Notes: a model not told the origin generated them from the sequence alone. DNA of 64,000 bases from Oculatellaceae cyanobacterium bins.114 (GCA_033764315.1 JANRJA010000041.1:11050-75049); one strand, 5' to 3'; numbered from the stretch's first letter, positions 38,750-50,000 are shown. Program-made: numbers and translations.

Positions 38750-40054
38750 TCAGCCCTTTCTCTGATTGGGGACTGAAACGGCTTGCCGCACCAAGTCAAA
38801 ATATTGCTTTGAAATGATGGAAGGTGTGAAATGGTTTTGTAAGTAGTGTCGTCCCGACTCACCCATCTGTTGTGCAAGCTGGCGATCGCCCTTCAGTAAC
38901 CGAATAAAACTGGCCAATGCAGCCCCATTGCCATTTTCAAAAGTGGCACCACACTGAGCTTGTTTAATCAGTGTTCTGAGATAGGATCGGTTGTCGCAGA
39001 TGGCTGCAATAGGTCGTCCGGTAGCGAGCGCAGAATACAATTTGCTGGGGGCGACCAGTCCTTCCATATTCGAGTCAACACTGACCAAGGTTAAGTCACA
39101 AGCCGTCAGGGAATAGGGCAAGACCTGTTTGTCTTGATAGGGCAAAAACAACACGTTGTTCAGTTGGGCGGCTTTAACATAGTCAAGACACAGTTGCCGT
39201 CTGCCTCCATCTCCAATAAAGACAAATCGGATAGGTTCGTCACGCAACTCCTCAATGGCAGTCATGATGGTGTCGAGATCATGACAACGTCCCATATTTC
39301 CAGAATAAAGGACTGTGAATGGCTCGACTAGATCATGTCTTTGAGCAAACCAATTCACTTTTTTGTCGAGGGGCGCAATCCAATCAGGGTCAGCCCAACT
39401 GTGAATCACGTAGACTTTATCTGCCACTTCAGGGCAGTGGTTGATGACTCGCTTTTTCATGCTGGGGCTGAGTACGATGATGGCTTCAGCCTGTCGCCAG
39501 ATCTTTTGGTTCATCCGTCGCCACAACTTTGCTAATCGGTGTCTTTCAGGAATGACACCAAGCTGAACCGCAATGTCAGGGTACAAGTCATAAAGTAAAC
39601 AGATATAACGCTGCTTGAACCACAACTTGGCTAAATAGCCCAATAGAGGCAGGAATGGAGGTGCCGTTGTCAGCAACAAAATGTGGCTGTGGCGCATCAG
39701 GGATAAGTGGAGCAACGCCCGCAAACAAAAAAGGACACCATTGAGAGTTTTACCCCGAATACGGTGTGACCAAAACCGAGCAGTGCGCGATCGCTGTACT
39801 CTCACCCGATCAATGTATTCATTTGAGGGAGCTGTGGCTTCGTGAAATGCATAACACGGTTGTCCCGTGAAAATGTCAACGGCTAGTCCTTGCTCACTCA
39901 ATAAATGTGCCAATTCATCAATTAATTGCCCGGTAGGCGCATAATCGGGTGGAAAAAATTGAGTAATGATGGATAGCTTAATGGGATCTTTAGGAGTAAC
40001 ACTCGCTGCTGTTTTTGTTCCTAAAAACCAGAGTCTACGCTGGGATAATTTCAT
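38750..40054 (-). CDS. Glycosyltransferase family 4 (WcaI-like)
   Basis: Motifs TQFFPPD, DLYPD, LYSGNMGRCH and PSKLYSALA.GRP. Confidence 0.9.
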   Translation of the reverse strand: MKLSQRRLWFLGTKTAASVTPKDPIKLSIITQFFPPDYAPTGQLIDELAHLLSEQGLAVDIFTGQPCYAFHEATAPSNEYIDRVRVQRSRTARFWSHRIRGKTLNGVLFCLRALLHLSLMRHSHILLLTTAPPFLPLLGYLAKLWFKQRYICLLYDLYPDIAVQLGVIPERHRLAKLWRRMNQKIWRQAEAIIVLSPSMKKRVINHCPEVADKVYVIHSWADPDWIAPLDKKVNWFAQRHDLVEPFTVLYSGNMGRCHDLDTIMTAIEELRDEPIRFVFIGDGGRRQLCLDYVKAAQLNNVLFLPYQDKQVLPYSLTACDLTLVSVDSNMEGLVAPSKLYSALATGRPIAAICDNRSYLRTLIKQAQCGATFENGNGAALASFIRLLKGDRQLAQQMGESGRHYLQNHFTPSIISKQYFDLVRQAVSVPNQRKG

Positions 40055-40421
40055 TCGGATTCGATTCGCTCAACAACAGGTAAACACGGACAATGAACCC
40101 CAACAAGCCCTAAAAAATGGCTTGCGAGGGGCGCAGCCCTGTGGTGATGCAAATTGACCCTGTAAGTGTTGCAAACCTTAGGAAGCCCTAAGTGATGCCA
40201 CTGCTTAACAACACGATGTTGTCTTAATAATCACAGTCAGCATTCAAAGTAAATTTGATGCGTTCCGGAGTGAATGACGCAAAATGAGTTGAATTTGTTG
40301 CCTCAAAATTACTATCTTGTTGCGTTTAATTAATGCAAAATATTCTTTTCCCAACGTATTTTTGTTAATACAAATATTCTTTTCCCAAAAATATTCTTAA
40401 GTTGTTGTCTTTAAATTGACA

Positions 40422-40994
40422 TCAACTGAGATGGGCTGCCTGAGCTGGGTCAGCACCTCTCGCTTTGTTGTGTAACTTTGGATTGAGGCTAGCCCCCGTA
40501 CGACCTGTAGCAATCCACAAGAGCGATCGCCCAATATCTCGACTGACATGCAGAATTGTTTCAGAAGGGTGCTTGGAGGACATGGAAACAGGCGTAGTGA
40601 GAATGCCTCGACTACCAAAGACAAAAAAGGCGATCGCTCTGGCTCGACGCATATGAAAGTCAGAGGTAATTAAATAAACATGACGAATCCCTTGCGTTTG
40701 AAAGTCGTGAACCAATGAGGTGAAGTTGGTCACAGTATCTACAGCGCGGTAGTCAAGATAGAGGCGATCGAGGGAAATGTCAGCTGCTTGAAATAGAGAT
40801 TTGGCTTTATGAGATGAAATGCCAGTGGAAACCCAAATGGGTAGGTCAGGATGCAACGTGGCAAATTGAGTAGTGAATTCTTCCCGATCTTCCCCACCTC
40901 CTAGTGTGAAAATGGCTTGCGGTTGGGGATAAGCTGAGTGGGCGATCGCTAGGTTGAAGCTAATGCTGCCAATCAGTGCTAACAACTTCATCAA
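40422..40994 (-). CDS. YdcF/DUF218 family protein
   Basis: Motifs LGGG..RE, AVDTVTNF and LITSDFHMRRA. Confidence 0.88.
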   Translation of the reverse strand: MMKLLALIGSISFNLAIAHSAYPQPQAIFTLGGGEDREEFTTQFATLHPDLPIWVSTGISSHKAKSLFQAADISLDRLYLDYRAVDTVTNFTSLVHDFQTQGIRHVYLITSDFHMRRARAIAFFVFGSRGILTTPVSMSSKHPSETILHVSRDIGRSLLWIATGRTGASLNPKLHNKARGADPAQAAHLS

Positions 40995-41220
40995 TATAGC
41001 TAGGCCAACTCCCCCTCAGTCAAGCTTTAGCCTGTTGAGGAGTTGTTTTTTAGACATGGAGAGAAGAGGAGGTGCATTGCCTCTACTAATCTAATCGATA
41101 GTCCAGGTTTTGCTGGTTTAAATCTTTAAAAATACTGTGTGCACAATTCAAGAATGCAAGAAAAAACCGTAGCGTGGGTATTACCCACCATTCTTGAGTC
41201 ACTGCTTTTGAGTCACTGTC

Positions 41221-42438
41221 TTAAAAAACAATATCGTGTGGCAGGCGTTGGTTTTCAATAATCAGGGTGTAAACCTCTGCCAGGTGTAGAGCGATCGACT
41301 TCCACGAATAGTTATAACTGGCAAATGTTCTGCCGTTTTGCCCCAGTTGTTCTCTCAATGTTGCGCTATCTAATAGTTGAGCGATCGCCTGAGTAAACGC
41401 TTCGACCTCACCCTCAACCACTAACCCAGCTTTGGCATTGGCTACATCAGTGGCGATTTGAATGCCGGGAGTAATCACAACAGGAAGTTGGGCTGCCATT
41501 GCCTCGGCAATGGCTACCCCAAAGTTTTCAGAAAAGGACGGTAAGGCAAATAGGTCTGAGCCTTGCAACAACAGATCTTTCTCTGAACCAGTGACAAAGC
41601 CCACAAAGGTTGTGTGAGCCGCGATCCCTAATGAACTCATCAGGTGCATCAAACTATCCACATACTCAGCTTCACCAGAGCCTGCCAAAATTAAGTGAAC
41701 GTCTTGATTTTGGGCGATCAATTGGCGGAGCGATCGCAAAAGCACCTCAGGACGTTTTTTGTAATGCAGTCGCGAGAGAAACAACACAATAGAGCGGTTA
41801 GATGGAATGCCATAGCGTTGATGTAGCTTTTGTTTGGCATTGGGTTGTAGCACAGGTAAATGGACACCCAGTGGCAGGGTTACGGTTGGGGCTTTGATGC
41901 CAAAACGACGGACATCTTTTGCCTCATCGATGGCTGTGCAATGAATGGCAGCAGCCCGATTGAGGTTACGACGCTCGATTAAGAGCGTATAAATTTGCTT
42001 CTTTAACCGACTCTGTGCCAATGCCCAAGGGGTCAACTGACCCATCGTGCGGACGGTATAGGGAATGTTGTAGTGCTGTGCGATCGCGGCTGCACAGGTC
42101 GGAGCATAGGAAAACAGATAATGGTTATCAACAACGCTGTAATTTTGAATGCGTTGCCAAAGCCATTGAGTCATTACTGGAGAAAAAATAAACTCCTTGA
42201 GAGGTGGCGAAAATCGAGGTGAAAACCAAACAGGGACAGTAATTTTTTCAGGGGTTTCAGTTGTGTAATCAACTCGCTGATTGAAGGGTACATCTAGGAA
42301 GTTAAAACCATCATCATTGGTGGTCGCAATTTCAGCGTCAACGCCACACTCGCGCAGTGCCTTCACTAGGTTTAAGACAACATAGGTTGGACCCCCTAAC
42401 GCAGGACTGATTGAGGGGATGACGTGGAGTACTTTCAT
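41221..42438 (-). CDS. Glycosyltransferase family 4
   Basis: MKVLHVIPS...GGP, FLSRLHYKK and ENFGVAIAEAMA; start set at the ATG of MKVLH. Confidence 0.92.
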   Translation of the reverse strand: MKVLHVIPSISPALGGPTYVVLNLVKALRECGVDAEIATTNDDGFNFLDVPFNQRVDYTTETPEKITVPVWFSPRFSPPLKEFIFSPVMTQWLWQRIQNYSVVDNHYLFSYAPTCAAAIAQHYNIPYTVRTMGQLTPWALAQSRLKKQIYTLLIERRNLNRAAAIHCTAIDEAKDVRRFGIKAPTVTLPLGVHLPVLQPNAKQKLHQRYGIPSNRSIVLFLSRLHYKKRPEVLLRSLRQLIAQNQDVHLILAGSGEAEYVDSLMHLMSSLGIAAHTTFVGFVTGSEKDLLLQGSDLFALPSFSENFGVAIAEAMAAQLPVVITPGIQIATDVANAKAGLVVEGEVEAFTQAIAQLLDSATLREQLGQNGRTFASYNYSWKSIALHLAEVYTLIIENQRLPHDIVF

Positions 42439-42460
42439 AATGTAGTCAGGTATAGTCAGG

Positions 42461-43912
42461 TTAGCGACCAAACCCAAATTTTCTAAATACAAGTAGGGCG
42501 ATCACAGGGAGAATAGCAGTCGTCAACCAAAACATACTTCGCATAGTAATGCCAGCTGCAAAAAAGCCGAGTGCATAAACTACCAAGGAATAGTCTGATT
42601 GCCCTTGTATCGCCATGCGATTCCACCAAGCTGCTAAGGCACCAAACAATAAAGACATGCCAATCACTCCCAGCCAGCCAGCCATCATATAACTTTCTCC
42701 TAGATAGGTTGTAGCTACTGTCCAGCCTTTAGCTCCTGTTAATTCCTCAATACTGACACTTAATCCTTCAGGTTTTCCGGGCCAAAATGCACGTGGAACA
42801 GGTTTGATCAGTGCCCAGGAAATGATTTCAAAGCCTAAAAAAGGGTGTTTGTCTGGAAAAGCATCAATTACAGGAGCAAGCGATACTAGGTTATAGTCAA
42901 CGGCTAATGTCTGCCGCACTGTATCACCCGCATAGACTTGATTAACAATATAGTTACGAAGACCCATCGTTCTAAACTCCAGCATGTGGTAGGAAGCAAA
43001 TAGAGAAATGAAAACCGCTACCAGAATGGGGAGAATTGTATTTCTGAAATTGTTAACCCGAAGGGTTAAAAGATAACCCATTAAAAAAGTTGCAACATAA
43101 GCAATAAAAATATTTCGAGTTCCACTTGAAAATCCTTGAAACATTACTAGAGCAAAGATTGCTAGAACAATCAAAATCTGAACTCTAGAAAAGAACTGAC
43201 GTCGGTTCCAAATGACACCTGTTAAAGGAGGAATGGCGTAGCAAAGAAGATTGAGTTCGGTAAGAAGACTGCTCCAGCTTCCTAGTCTGCCCCGTGTCCA
43301 AGGTTCAGAAAAGCGGGGTCCTAACATACCATCAATCAGTGCCAGCGGATTAAACTGAACCGATATCAGCATATATAGATAACCCATAAAAGCACACACA
43401 ACAATAGTGCGAAATAGAGTAGCGTTAGAGATCTCTAAATTAATCCGATCAGAACGAATTGGTTTTGTAGTAACGAGATGACGTCCGAGCGTCAACCCAG
43501 TTATACCCAACAACACGGCATCTAGAGCATGGGCAGTACCCATCACTTCAACGATGCGATTAAAGTCGTCTTGCGGAAATAGAAATTCCGCTAGAGTTAA
43601 GCCATAAATTCCAATTAGACAAAGTAGATCAGTGCGAAATAGGTTGTATAGCCCCTTGCGACCATCAAAAAAAACACTGGCCAAGAAAGCAATACCTATG
43701 GCGATCGCTGTTACTCTTGCCATTTCAGAAGGTGTCTCTCCTGACGGATATAGCATATAGGCTAGGATGATACCCATCAACAAACAGGCTGTACCTGATA
43801 AGGTGGGTGTCGGAGGGAAATACACCCTAGTAGTTAAATGCGAATGATGGAGACCATAGGGATTATAGAGATTCTCTGGAGGAGATTCAGGTTTGTAGTT
43901 TGACCACACCAT
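42461..43912 (-). CDS. Wzy-like oligosaccharide repeat-unit polymerase (multi-TM)
   Basis: About 11 TM segments; motifs SGTRN, PVPRAFWPGKP and T..GESY...GW.GV. Confidence 0.7.
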   Translation of the reverse strand: MVWSNYKPESPPENLYNPYGLHHSHLTTRVYFPPTPTLSGTACLLMGIILAYMLYPSGETPSEMARVTAIAIGIAFLASVFFDGRKGLYNLFRTDLLCLIGIYGLTLAEFLFPQDDFNRIVEVMGTAHALDAVLLGITGLTLGRHLVTTKPIRSDRINLEISNATLFRTIVVCAFMGYLYMLISVQFNPLALIDGMLGPRFSEPWTRGRLGSWSSLLTELNLLCYAIPPLTGVIWNRRQFFSRVQILIVLAIFALVMFQGFSSGTRNIFIAYVATFLMGYLLTLRVNNFRNTILPILVAVFISLFASYHMLEFRTMGLRNYIVNQVYAGDTVRQTLAVDYNLVSLAPVIDAFPDKHPFLGFEIISWALIKPVPRAFWPGKPEGLSVSIEELTGAKGWTVATTYLGESYMMAGWLGVIGMSLLFGALAAWWNRMAIQGQSDYSLVVYALGFFAAGITMRSMFWLTTAILPVIALLVFRKFGFGR

Positions 43913-44085
43913 ATTTTAAAAATAGAGTTTATTGAGATAATATTGCCCGTTGAAAGGATGTTAGTGGTGTATCTTTAAAAGTCTCATTAAGAGGGATAAA
44001 CACAGTCAGGTAAAACGCTTAAGAATAGAAGAAATAGAATAAAACTTATTTTTTAAGAACTAAAATATCTGATTGTAAAGATGTA

Positions 44086-44115
44086 CTATAGCAATCCAAA
44101 ATGGAGTTGCTATAG
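44086..44115. repeat. Short CTATAGCA...TGCTATAG inverted-repeat element
   Basis: CTATAGCAATCCA-AAA-TGGAGTTGCTATAG; same terminus family as 63812-63889. Confidence 0.7.
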
Positions 44116-44128
44116 TTACTTAAACTAT

Positions 44129-45367
44129 CTATTCATCGGTTGTCAGGATAACTTTTGAAAACAGTTCAACTAACTGGGTAGCTTTTGCATCCCAGGTTAG
44201 GTACTGTTGAACGAATTGTTGTGCCTGTTTCCCCATTTCAACTCGCTTAGCATCGTGACTCAACATTCGGTCTAGAGCGCGAGATGTATCTGCTACTTGC
44301 CTAGGAGCCACGGCATAGCCATGCAGTTCATGACAAAACACATCATTAATGCCACCATCCTGGCAGCAAATGATAGGCTTACCCGCGGCCATCGCCTCTA
44401 AATAAACTGTAGCAAACGGTTCATCCCATCCTACCAAAGCAAAACAGTCGGCCCAAACCATCTCTTGTAGGACTTCAGGGTGAAGTTTCTTACCAAGCAG
44501 TTGCACTTGTTGATTCTGGTCATAACGCTGGATTGCATCAATAACGTTTCTTTCTTCTGGCCCACCACCAATAATTCGGAGAACAGCATCGGGATGCCGA
44601 TCAGCTATTCGACAGAATGCTTCAATCAGTAGGGGAATGCCCTTACGTTCTGCAAATAGAGCACAAGATAGAACAACCTTCTTATTTTTTAACTCTGGTG
44701 GACGTTGCTGAGCAAACAGGGCGACAGGGGGTAATTCAACTCCATTGTGATGAGTGAGAATTGGATGGTTGGGAAAGAGTGCTCGCAGGTCTTGTTCCAT
44801 ACGTTTGGAGACCGTCAGGGAGACCTGGCAACCTGTTATTGCAGACTGCATTGCTGCCCGACGTTGGGGATAGCGATGGCAGTCCGTAATTTCATCAAAG
44901 TCGTGATCCAGGGTGACGAGGGGGCGACGTAGGACATGAGGTAATTGGGCGGCAATCCAACCGTTAGGCAGTAAATGATGGCAAAAAATAACATCGGGTT
45001 GAAACTCACCTACTATCTGGCAAAACTCCCGTTTAACCGATGCCCAGGCAAGGTGTAAGTAAGGGGTAGGATTAGCATATGCCCACACTTTCAGCGGAGC
45101 AACTGGATAGTAAAGCCAGCGAGGATAGCGTACCCGAACAGAACCAACCCAGGTAAATTCTTCTGGACAATGGCTATAGGCTTTTGCTCCTGGAGTGATG
45201 GCAAGAATTTGGGGAACCCAGGACGTACAGGAGACCACCAGCAACTCAATGTCTTGTCGTGCCAACGCTTGTGCCTGAGCGAGTGCCCAGGTTCCCATCA
45301 AGGGATTGTCAGGTTTGGGAAAATAGGATGCCAAGAAGAGGATTCGCAAAGGACGAGAAGGCTTCAT
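44129..45367 (-). CDS. Glycosyltransferase family 4
   Basis: Motifs LFLASYFP, ERKG and EPFATVYLEAMAAGKP; start at MKPSRP overlaps the upstream stop. Confidence 0.9.
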   Translation of the reverse strand: MKPSRPLRILFLASYFPKPDNPLMGTWALAQAQALARQDIELLVVSCTSWVPQILAITPGAKAYSHCPEEFTWVGSVRVRYPRWLYYPVAPLKVWAYANPTPYLHLAWASVKREFCQIVGEFQPDVIFCHHLLPNGWIAAQLPHVLRRPLVTLDHDFDEITDCHRYPQRRAAMQSAITGCQVSLTVSKRMEQDLRALFPNHPILTHHNGVELPPVALFAQQRPPELKNKKVVLSCALFAERKGIPLLIEAFCRIADRHPDAVLRIIGGGPEERNVIDAIQRYDQNQQVQLLGKKLHPEVLQEMVWADCFALVGWDEPFATVYLEAMAAGKPIICCQDGGINDVFCHELHGYAVAPRQVADTSRALDRMLSHDAKRVEMGKQAQQFVQQYLTWDAKATQLVELFSKVILTTDE

Positions 45368-46470
45368 GGCTGAGAATGCTCCAGGCAATGGGTAATGGCT
45401 TGGAATACGCTGAGCCAACGATCGGCACCTGCTCTAGGTGACCACTTTGTTGCCTTGAGTAAGGATGCTTGACTAGCAAATTGAATGGTCGAGGGCTGCT
45501 CTACATAAAACGCTAGTGCCTCAAACAGAGCAGTTTGGTCGCCTGCCGGGAAGATTGCTCCATTTACACCGGGTTCTACTAAGTCTTGGGCTGCACCCAC
45601 TGCATCGGAACAAATAATGGGCAATCCTGCTCCTAATGCCTGATTCATGACAACACCCCAACCGTCGTAGCGACTGGGGAGGACAAACAGATCTGCCTGT
45701 CTAAAAAAGTGTGGTAAATCCTCAGGAGCCTGAAAACCTGCATATTCAATCTGTTGAATGATATGGGGTGTCCTACTAGCTAACATTTGAGGTAATTCGG
45801 CTTCCCGCCCCACCAACAACAACCGGGCCGATAAACCAGATTGGATCAATTGCTCGAATGCTTGCAGTAAGATATCCACGCCCTTACGGGCAATCATTTG
45901 CCCACAAAACAAAATCGTGATGGGATTCCGGGGACGGGGAGGCAAGTCAACACTGAACTCGGATAGAGTGCAATAATAAGGAATGTTGAATGTGGGTTTA
46001 TGGGGAAATCGTTGTCGATAGTCTTGCTCTGCTTTTGAACCGATCGCAGCGATCGCCCAACAGTGATTTAAGCCCTGTGCCAATAGTTTTTGTAATTGCC
46101 CTTTGATGCCATCCACAGAGGCAACCATCTTCTCACCCCAAAAAACGCAGGGAGTACGGTGTGCTTGAGTGTGCAAAACCCACTGAGCAATCAGATTTTG
46201 ATAACCATTTAAGATAACCACATCACAGGATTTCAAATTGGGGAGGTGCCAATTCCAGTGAAACCGAGCACCTCCCCAAGCCAAATACCCTCCACGTAAT
46301 ATTTTTTCGTAGGGTTGCAATGGTTTTTGAGGCCAAGGAGAGTCAGGACTGGCAGGTTCTAAATAATAGACCTGAAGATCGACTTCAGTAAGACGGGATA
46401 ACTCATAAAATAGGTCTCGTTGATAAGGTGACGGGACTATGGAATAACAACAAACTCTAATGGGTTTCAC
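45364..46470 (-). CDS. Glycosyltransferase family 4
   Basis: Motifs PSPYQ, FCGQMIARKG and DGWGVVMNQAL; probable GTG start at 46470. Confidence 0.9.
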   Translation of the reverse strand: MKPIRVCCYSIVPSPYQRDLFYELSRLTEVDLQVYYLEPASPDSPWPQKPLQPYEKILRGGYLAWGGARFHWNWHLPNLKSCDVVILNGYQNLIAQWVLHTQAHRTPCVFWGEKMVASVDGIKGQLQKLLAQGLNHCWAIAAIGSKAEQDYRQRFPHKPTFNIPYYCTLSEFSVDLPPRPRNPITILFCGQMIARKGVDILLQAFEQLIQSGLSARLLLVGREAELPQMLASRTPHIIQQIEYAGFQAPEDLPHFFRQADLFVLPSRYDGWGVVMNQALGAGLPIICSDAVGAAQDLVEPGVNGAIFPAGDQTALFEALAFYVEQPSTIQFASQASLLKATKWSPRAGADRWLSVFQAITHCLEHSQP

Positions 46471-47245
46471 GATCAACCTCCTTCTGTTGTGGAGGTTGAG
46501 GAGACAAAACAAATTCGTAAATGATGCTTTTAGCAAATAGCTCAGATCGCAATCCTAACCTGATCATGAGAGGCATCAGACGAAAGAATACCTTTGCTTT
46601 GAGGCCCAGACTTTCTTTTATCTCAACACCAATGCCAGTGAAGCGATCGAGCTTGAGTCCATGACGCTGCCCCAACTCACACAGGGTACAGGGATCAAAC
46701 CAGGCAACATGATCGGCATTGTCAACGTAGGGAATTCTGCCAAAACTAGATTTCAAAATGACGTTGATATACCAGGGATTGGGAACAGATATTACTAATT
46801 TGCCATCTGGATTTAGCATTTTCGCTGCACTTTTAAAGAATGCTCCAGAGGCATCAATGTGTTCTAAGATTTCTCCACAAAGGATGACATCAAAGCTTTG
46901 ATCTAGAGGGTGTTGGGTAATGTCAGCACAAATTATATTGAATCCAAGTGACTGTAAATGTTCCACTTCCGTTTCAAGAATATCCACCCCTATACAGCTC
47001 TTGGCAGCTTGAGAAAGATGCTTATGCAACCATGTACTGGATTGAACAGCAGTTTGAGTATGTTCAACCACTCCAACATCTAAAATGGTTTTGTTTTTCA
47101 CTAATTGGCAAAAATAGTCAATTCGGTTGCTGATCAATTGCCCTGTTCTAGCCGCTTGTAACTCTTCCTGGCGAGCTTTCATGACCAGAGGTGCATTTGG
47201 ATCTTTAGAAATCTTGTGCCAACGTTGCATAGTTATATTGGTCAT
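46457..47245 (-). CDS. Class I SAM-dependent methyltransferase
   Basis: Motifs ILDVG, FDVILCGEILEH and LVISVPN. Confidence 0.9.
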   Translation of the reverse strand: MTNITMQRWHKISKDPNAPLVMKARQEELQAARTGQLISNRIDYFCQLVKNKTILDVGVVEHTQTAVQSSTWLHKHLSQAAKSCIGVDILETEVEHLQSLGFNIICADITQHPLDQSFDVILCGEILEHIDASGAFFKSAAKMLNPDGKLVISVPNPWYINVILKSSFGRIPYVDNADHVAWFDPCTLCELGQRHGLKLDRFTGIGVEIKESLGLKAKVFFRLMPLMIRLGLRSELFAKSIIYEFVLSPQPPQQKEVDRETH

Positions 47246-47278
47246 CAGATGTACTCCACATTAGTTGAATAGTGGCAT

Positions 47279-48514
47279 TTAGGTAAAAAGTGCAGATTGG
47301 CATATTTGCAGCCTTTGGCTCAGTTGTGCTAGTTCAAAGCCTTTTAATTTTCCAGATTGAATTGACCAGGATTTGAGTTGTTCTGGGTGATTTAGACAAG
47401 TCTTTAAAGCATCAACGATTGCCTCTTCTGTAACCTCTGGTAAGACCAACCCATTTCTTTGATTTTCAATAACTTCACCACAAAATCTGGATGTAATGAG
47501 CGGTAATTGCCATGCTTGGGCTTCCAACTGAGTTAACCCAAATCCATCCGATATAGTTGGGAAGATGAATACATCTGCTAATTGGTAATAGCGGTACGTT
47601 TCGCTGCGAGGGATTGCTCCAATCCAATGAACGCGAGGATGCCGTCGCAGATGAGGAGGAGTCGTAATTTGTGACGAACCTACAAACCAAAACTCGATAG
47701 GCATGTCTTTCAATTGCTCGATTGCTGCCAATAAAGGTGCAATGCCTTTACGCAAAGTTATGATGCCCAGGAACAAAACTCGCAAAGGGCGATCGCGGGA
47801 GAATTGAGTGGGATAGGTTCGACAAAATTCTTGGGTCGGTTTAGGTGGCTCATATACCAGAGGAACAACTTGAATTTTGTGTGGCTTAAGGTTGGTTTGG
47901 GTGAGGAGTTGTTTTGACCACTGCGAGTTAACGATAATTTGGTCTGCTAAATCACATTCTTGTTGCCAGGTTTGCCAGTAGTGGAGAGGGACGGGATGCC
48001 AATTTGGCTCTAACTCTGGGTAGCGTTGTTGCTCTCTAGTCACTCGTTGTTCTTCTAAAGGACCAGGATCAATTTGTCCTAATACCGTTTTCCAACCCTG
48101 TTGTTTGGCAAATTGAAATAGGCTCAGGGCAGTGTAGCTGTAGGAAAACAAAATAGTGGATGGGCTGAAATGATGGATATTTGCCTTTAAGTATGTCAGC
48201 GTTTGTTGTTGGAACCAGTGATTTCGTTGAATCATTCGATCCCAATCTCTGGTTTTACACAATTTTTGAGTGGCTTCAAATAGCAGGAGAGAAGGCGTAA
48301 AGGCTTGAACGGCGGCAGTTACCAGATCAGTATGAAACCGCTCTTTCAATCTGCTAGAGACATTTGCCAAGAGGCGATCGCTCAGGGAGTAGGGCGAGAT
48401 CCAGGCATCGGTGATCAACTGTTGTAAGTGATTGCTCCGATGCAAAGCACGTGGGATGGCATAGTGTTCGCGTGCGCCCAGTTGACAACAAATCCAGCTT
48501 GAGAGAGAGTGCAT
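47279..48514 (-). CDS. Glycosyltransferase family 4
   Basis: Motifs QLGAREHY, LFLG..TLRKG and DGFGLTQLEA. Confidence 0.9.
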   Translation of the reverse strand: MHSLSSWICCQLGAREHYAIPRALHRSNHLQQLITDAWISPYSLSDRLLANVSSRLKERFHTDLVTAAVQAFTPSLLLFEATQKLCKTRDWDRMIQRNHWFQQQTLTYLKANIHHFSPSTILFSYSYTALSLFQFAKQQGWKTVLGQIDPGPLEEQRVTREQQRYPELEPNWHPVPLHYWQTWQQECDLADQIIVNSQWSKQLLTQTNLKPHKIQVVPLVYEPPKPTQEFCRTYPTQFSRDRPLRVLFLGIITLRKGIAPLLAAIEQLKDMPIEFWFVGSSQITTPPHLRRHPRVHWIGAIPRSETYRYYQLADVFIFPTISDGFGLTQLEAQAWQLPLITSRFCGEVIENQRNGLVLPEVTEEAIVDALKTCLNHPEQLKSWSIQSGKLKGFELAQLSQRLQICQSALFT

Positions 48515-48556
48515 TACAAATGAGTGAAGACCAAGAGATATTGCGAGATAGCAAGT

Positions 48557-49429
48557 TTAACTATGAGGTAAGTGCTGCCAGCTTCGATATAGTTTAGAAC
48601 TCATAGGTTGACGATATTTCTGGTATCGAGGAATGTCTTTCAAAGCTTGCAGCATCCCCTGGAGTTGTCCCAGTCGCCAAACTCTCATTGTTAGACTCAA
48701 GCGTGAGAGGGTTGTTCTAGCTTGTTTAATTGGCTTTATATGAACAGGCACAAACCAGTCATTCCACAGCACATTGTTACGTGCACCATAAAAATCCATA
48801 CGATGCCAGTTCCGTCCTACATTTGATGCGGTGTGATGAATTTCAAAACCAGGGAAGTGATAGCAATAAAACCCTTGTTGAAAGGCTCTAGCGGCAATAT
48901 CCATTTCTTCGCCCTGATGGATCAGGTCTTCTCGATACCCACCCAGTTGCAACAGGCGATCGCGACGAATTAGGTGCCCACAGCCGATAAAAAATCGAGT
49001 TTGATAAGGGCTATTGTGCCGCGATGAGTTTTGATATTCATTTAACACTGGGTTAAAAATTGGAAAACTGAGGCAAAACAATTCTGGGTGTGATTCAGCA
49101 AACTCAACAACAGTTTGTAGCGACCCTGCAACTGGGTATGAGTCATCATCCAAGCTGAGATAATATTTGGTATACATCCTTTGAGCCAGTTGATTGCGCC
49201 TGCAAATATACCCCTCAGACGATTCAAACCGCTGAATTGTTGCATTTGGATGCAGTGACTGGATCTCAAATGGGCAAGGCTGATCGGAATAATCATCCAA
49301 GATTAGAACCGAGATATTTGATAACCCAATATCTACCAGTTGAGTCAAGGTAATTTTTAGATCATTCCAACGGTTTTTGGTGGCGATGCCGATAGTAACC
49401 AATTCTGCAAGAGGTTGTAGTGTGCTCAC
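48557..49429 (-). CDS. Glycosyltransferase family 2
   Basis: Motifs IGIATKNR, LDDYS, LDDDS and GEEMD. Confidence 0.9.
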   Translation of the reverse strand: MSTLQPLAELVTIGIATKNRWNDLKITLTQLVDIGLSNISVLILDDYSDQPCPFEIQSLHPNATIQRFESSEGYICRRNQLAQRMYTKYYLSLDDDSYPVAGSLQTVVEFAESHPELFCLSFPIFNPVLNEYQNSSRHNSPYQTRFFIGCGHLIRRDRLLQLGGYREDLIHQGEEMDIAARAFQQGFYCYHFPGFEIHHTASNVGRNWHRMDFYGARNNVLWNDWFVPVHIKPIKQARTTLSRLSLTMRVWRLGQLQGMLQALKDIPRYQKYRQPMSSKLYRSWQHLPHS

Positions 49430-49971
49430 TGATCACTCCGATATTTAACGACTTTGGCAGGCACCCCAACCACGATCGCTTTTTCAGGTACATCTTTTGT
49501 GACCACACTTCCAGCACCCACAATCACATCATTGCCGATAGTAACGCCTTTTAAGATAGTGACGTTAGCCCCAATCCAAACGCGATCGCCAATCTTGGTG
49601 GGTTTCGCAAACATCGGTTGTTGCAACGGGGGATAGGCTAAATCTTGACCATGATCATGATCGGTGATGTAACAGTTTGGACCGATCGCACAATGTTTGC
49701 CAATCACTAAACACTCAATGGCATCCAGAAATGTATTGCGATTGATGTAAGTGTGTGCGCCAATATAAATCTTAGAATGCGCCAACGGTTCACCACTACT
49801 CACTAAAACCACACCACGATCAAGGGCACAGGGGCTTTCGATTTCGATGTCAGCAAAGTTGCGAGGAATCTCGATCTCGCGCATCCACACATAGCCGTGC
49901 AGTTTAACCCCTAAACTACGGTAATAGAGATTACGCCAACGGCTTTTTAATCCTTCGATCATTTGATGCAT
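49426..49971 (-). CDS. Hexapeptide-repeat (LbH) O-acetyltransferase
   Basis: DHDH followed by IGDRVWIGANVTILKGVTIG...GVPA. Confidence 0.93.
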   Translation of the reverse strand: MHQMIEGLKSRWRNLYYRSLGVKLHGYVWMREIEIPRNFADIEIESPCALDRGVVLVSSGEPLAHSKIYIGAHTYINRNTFLDAIECLVIGKHCAIGPNCYITDHDHGQDLAYPPLQQPMFAKPTKIGDRVWIGANVTILKGVTIGNDVIVGAGSVVTKDVPEKAIVVGVPAKVVKYRSDQ

Positions 49972-50000
49972 GGTGCTGCTTTTAGCACGAACTCAATTAA

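Noticed and set aside
40338-40397. GTA...TAC between AAATATTCTTTTCCCA direct repeats as an NtcA site
   Set aside because: The spacing is N10 rather than N8; it is more likely a local duplication.
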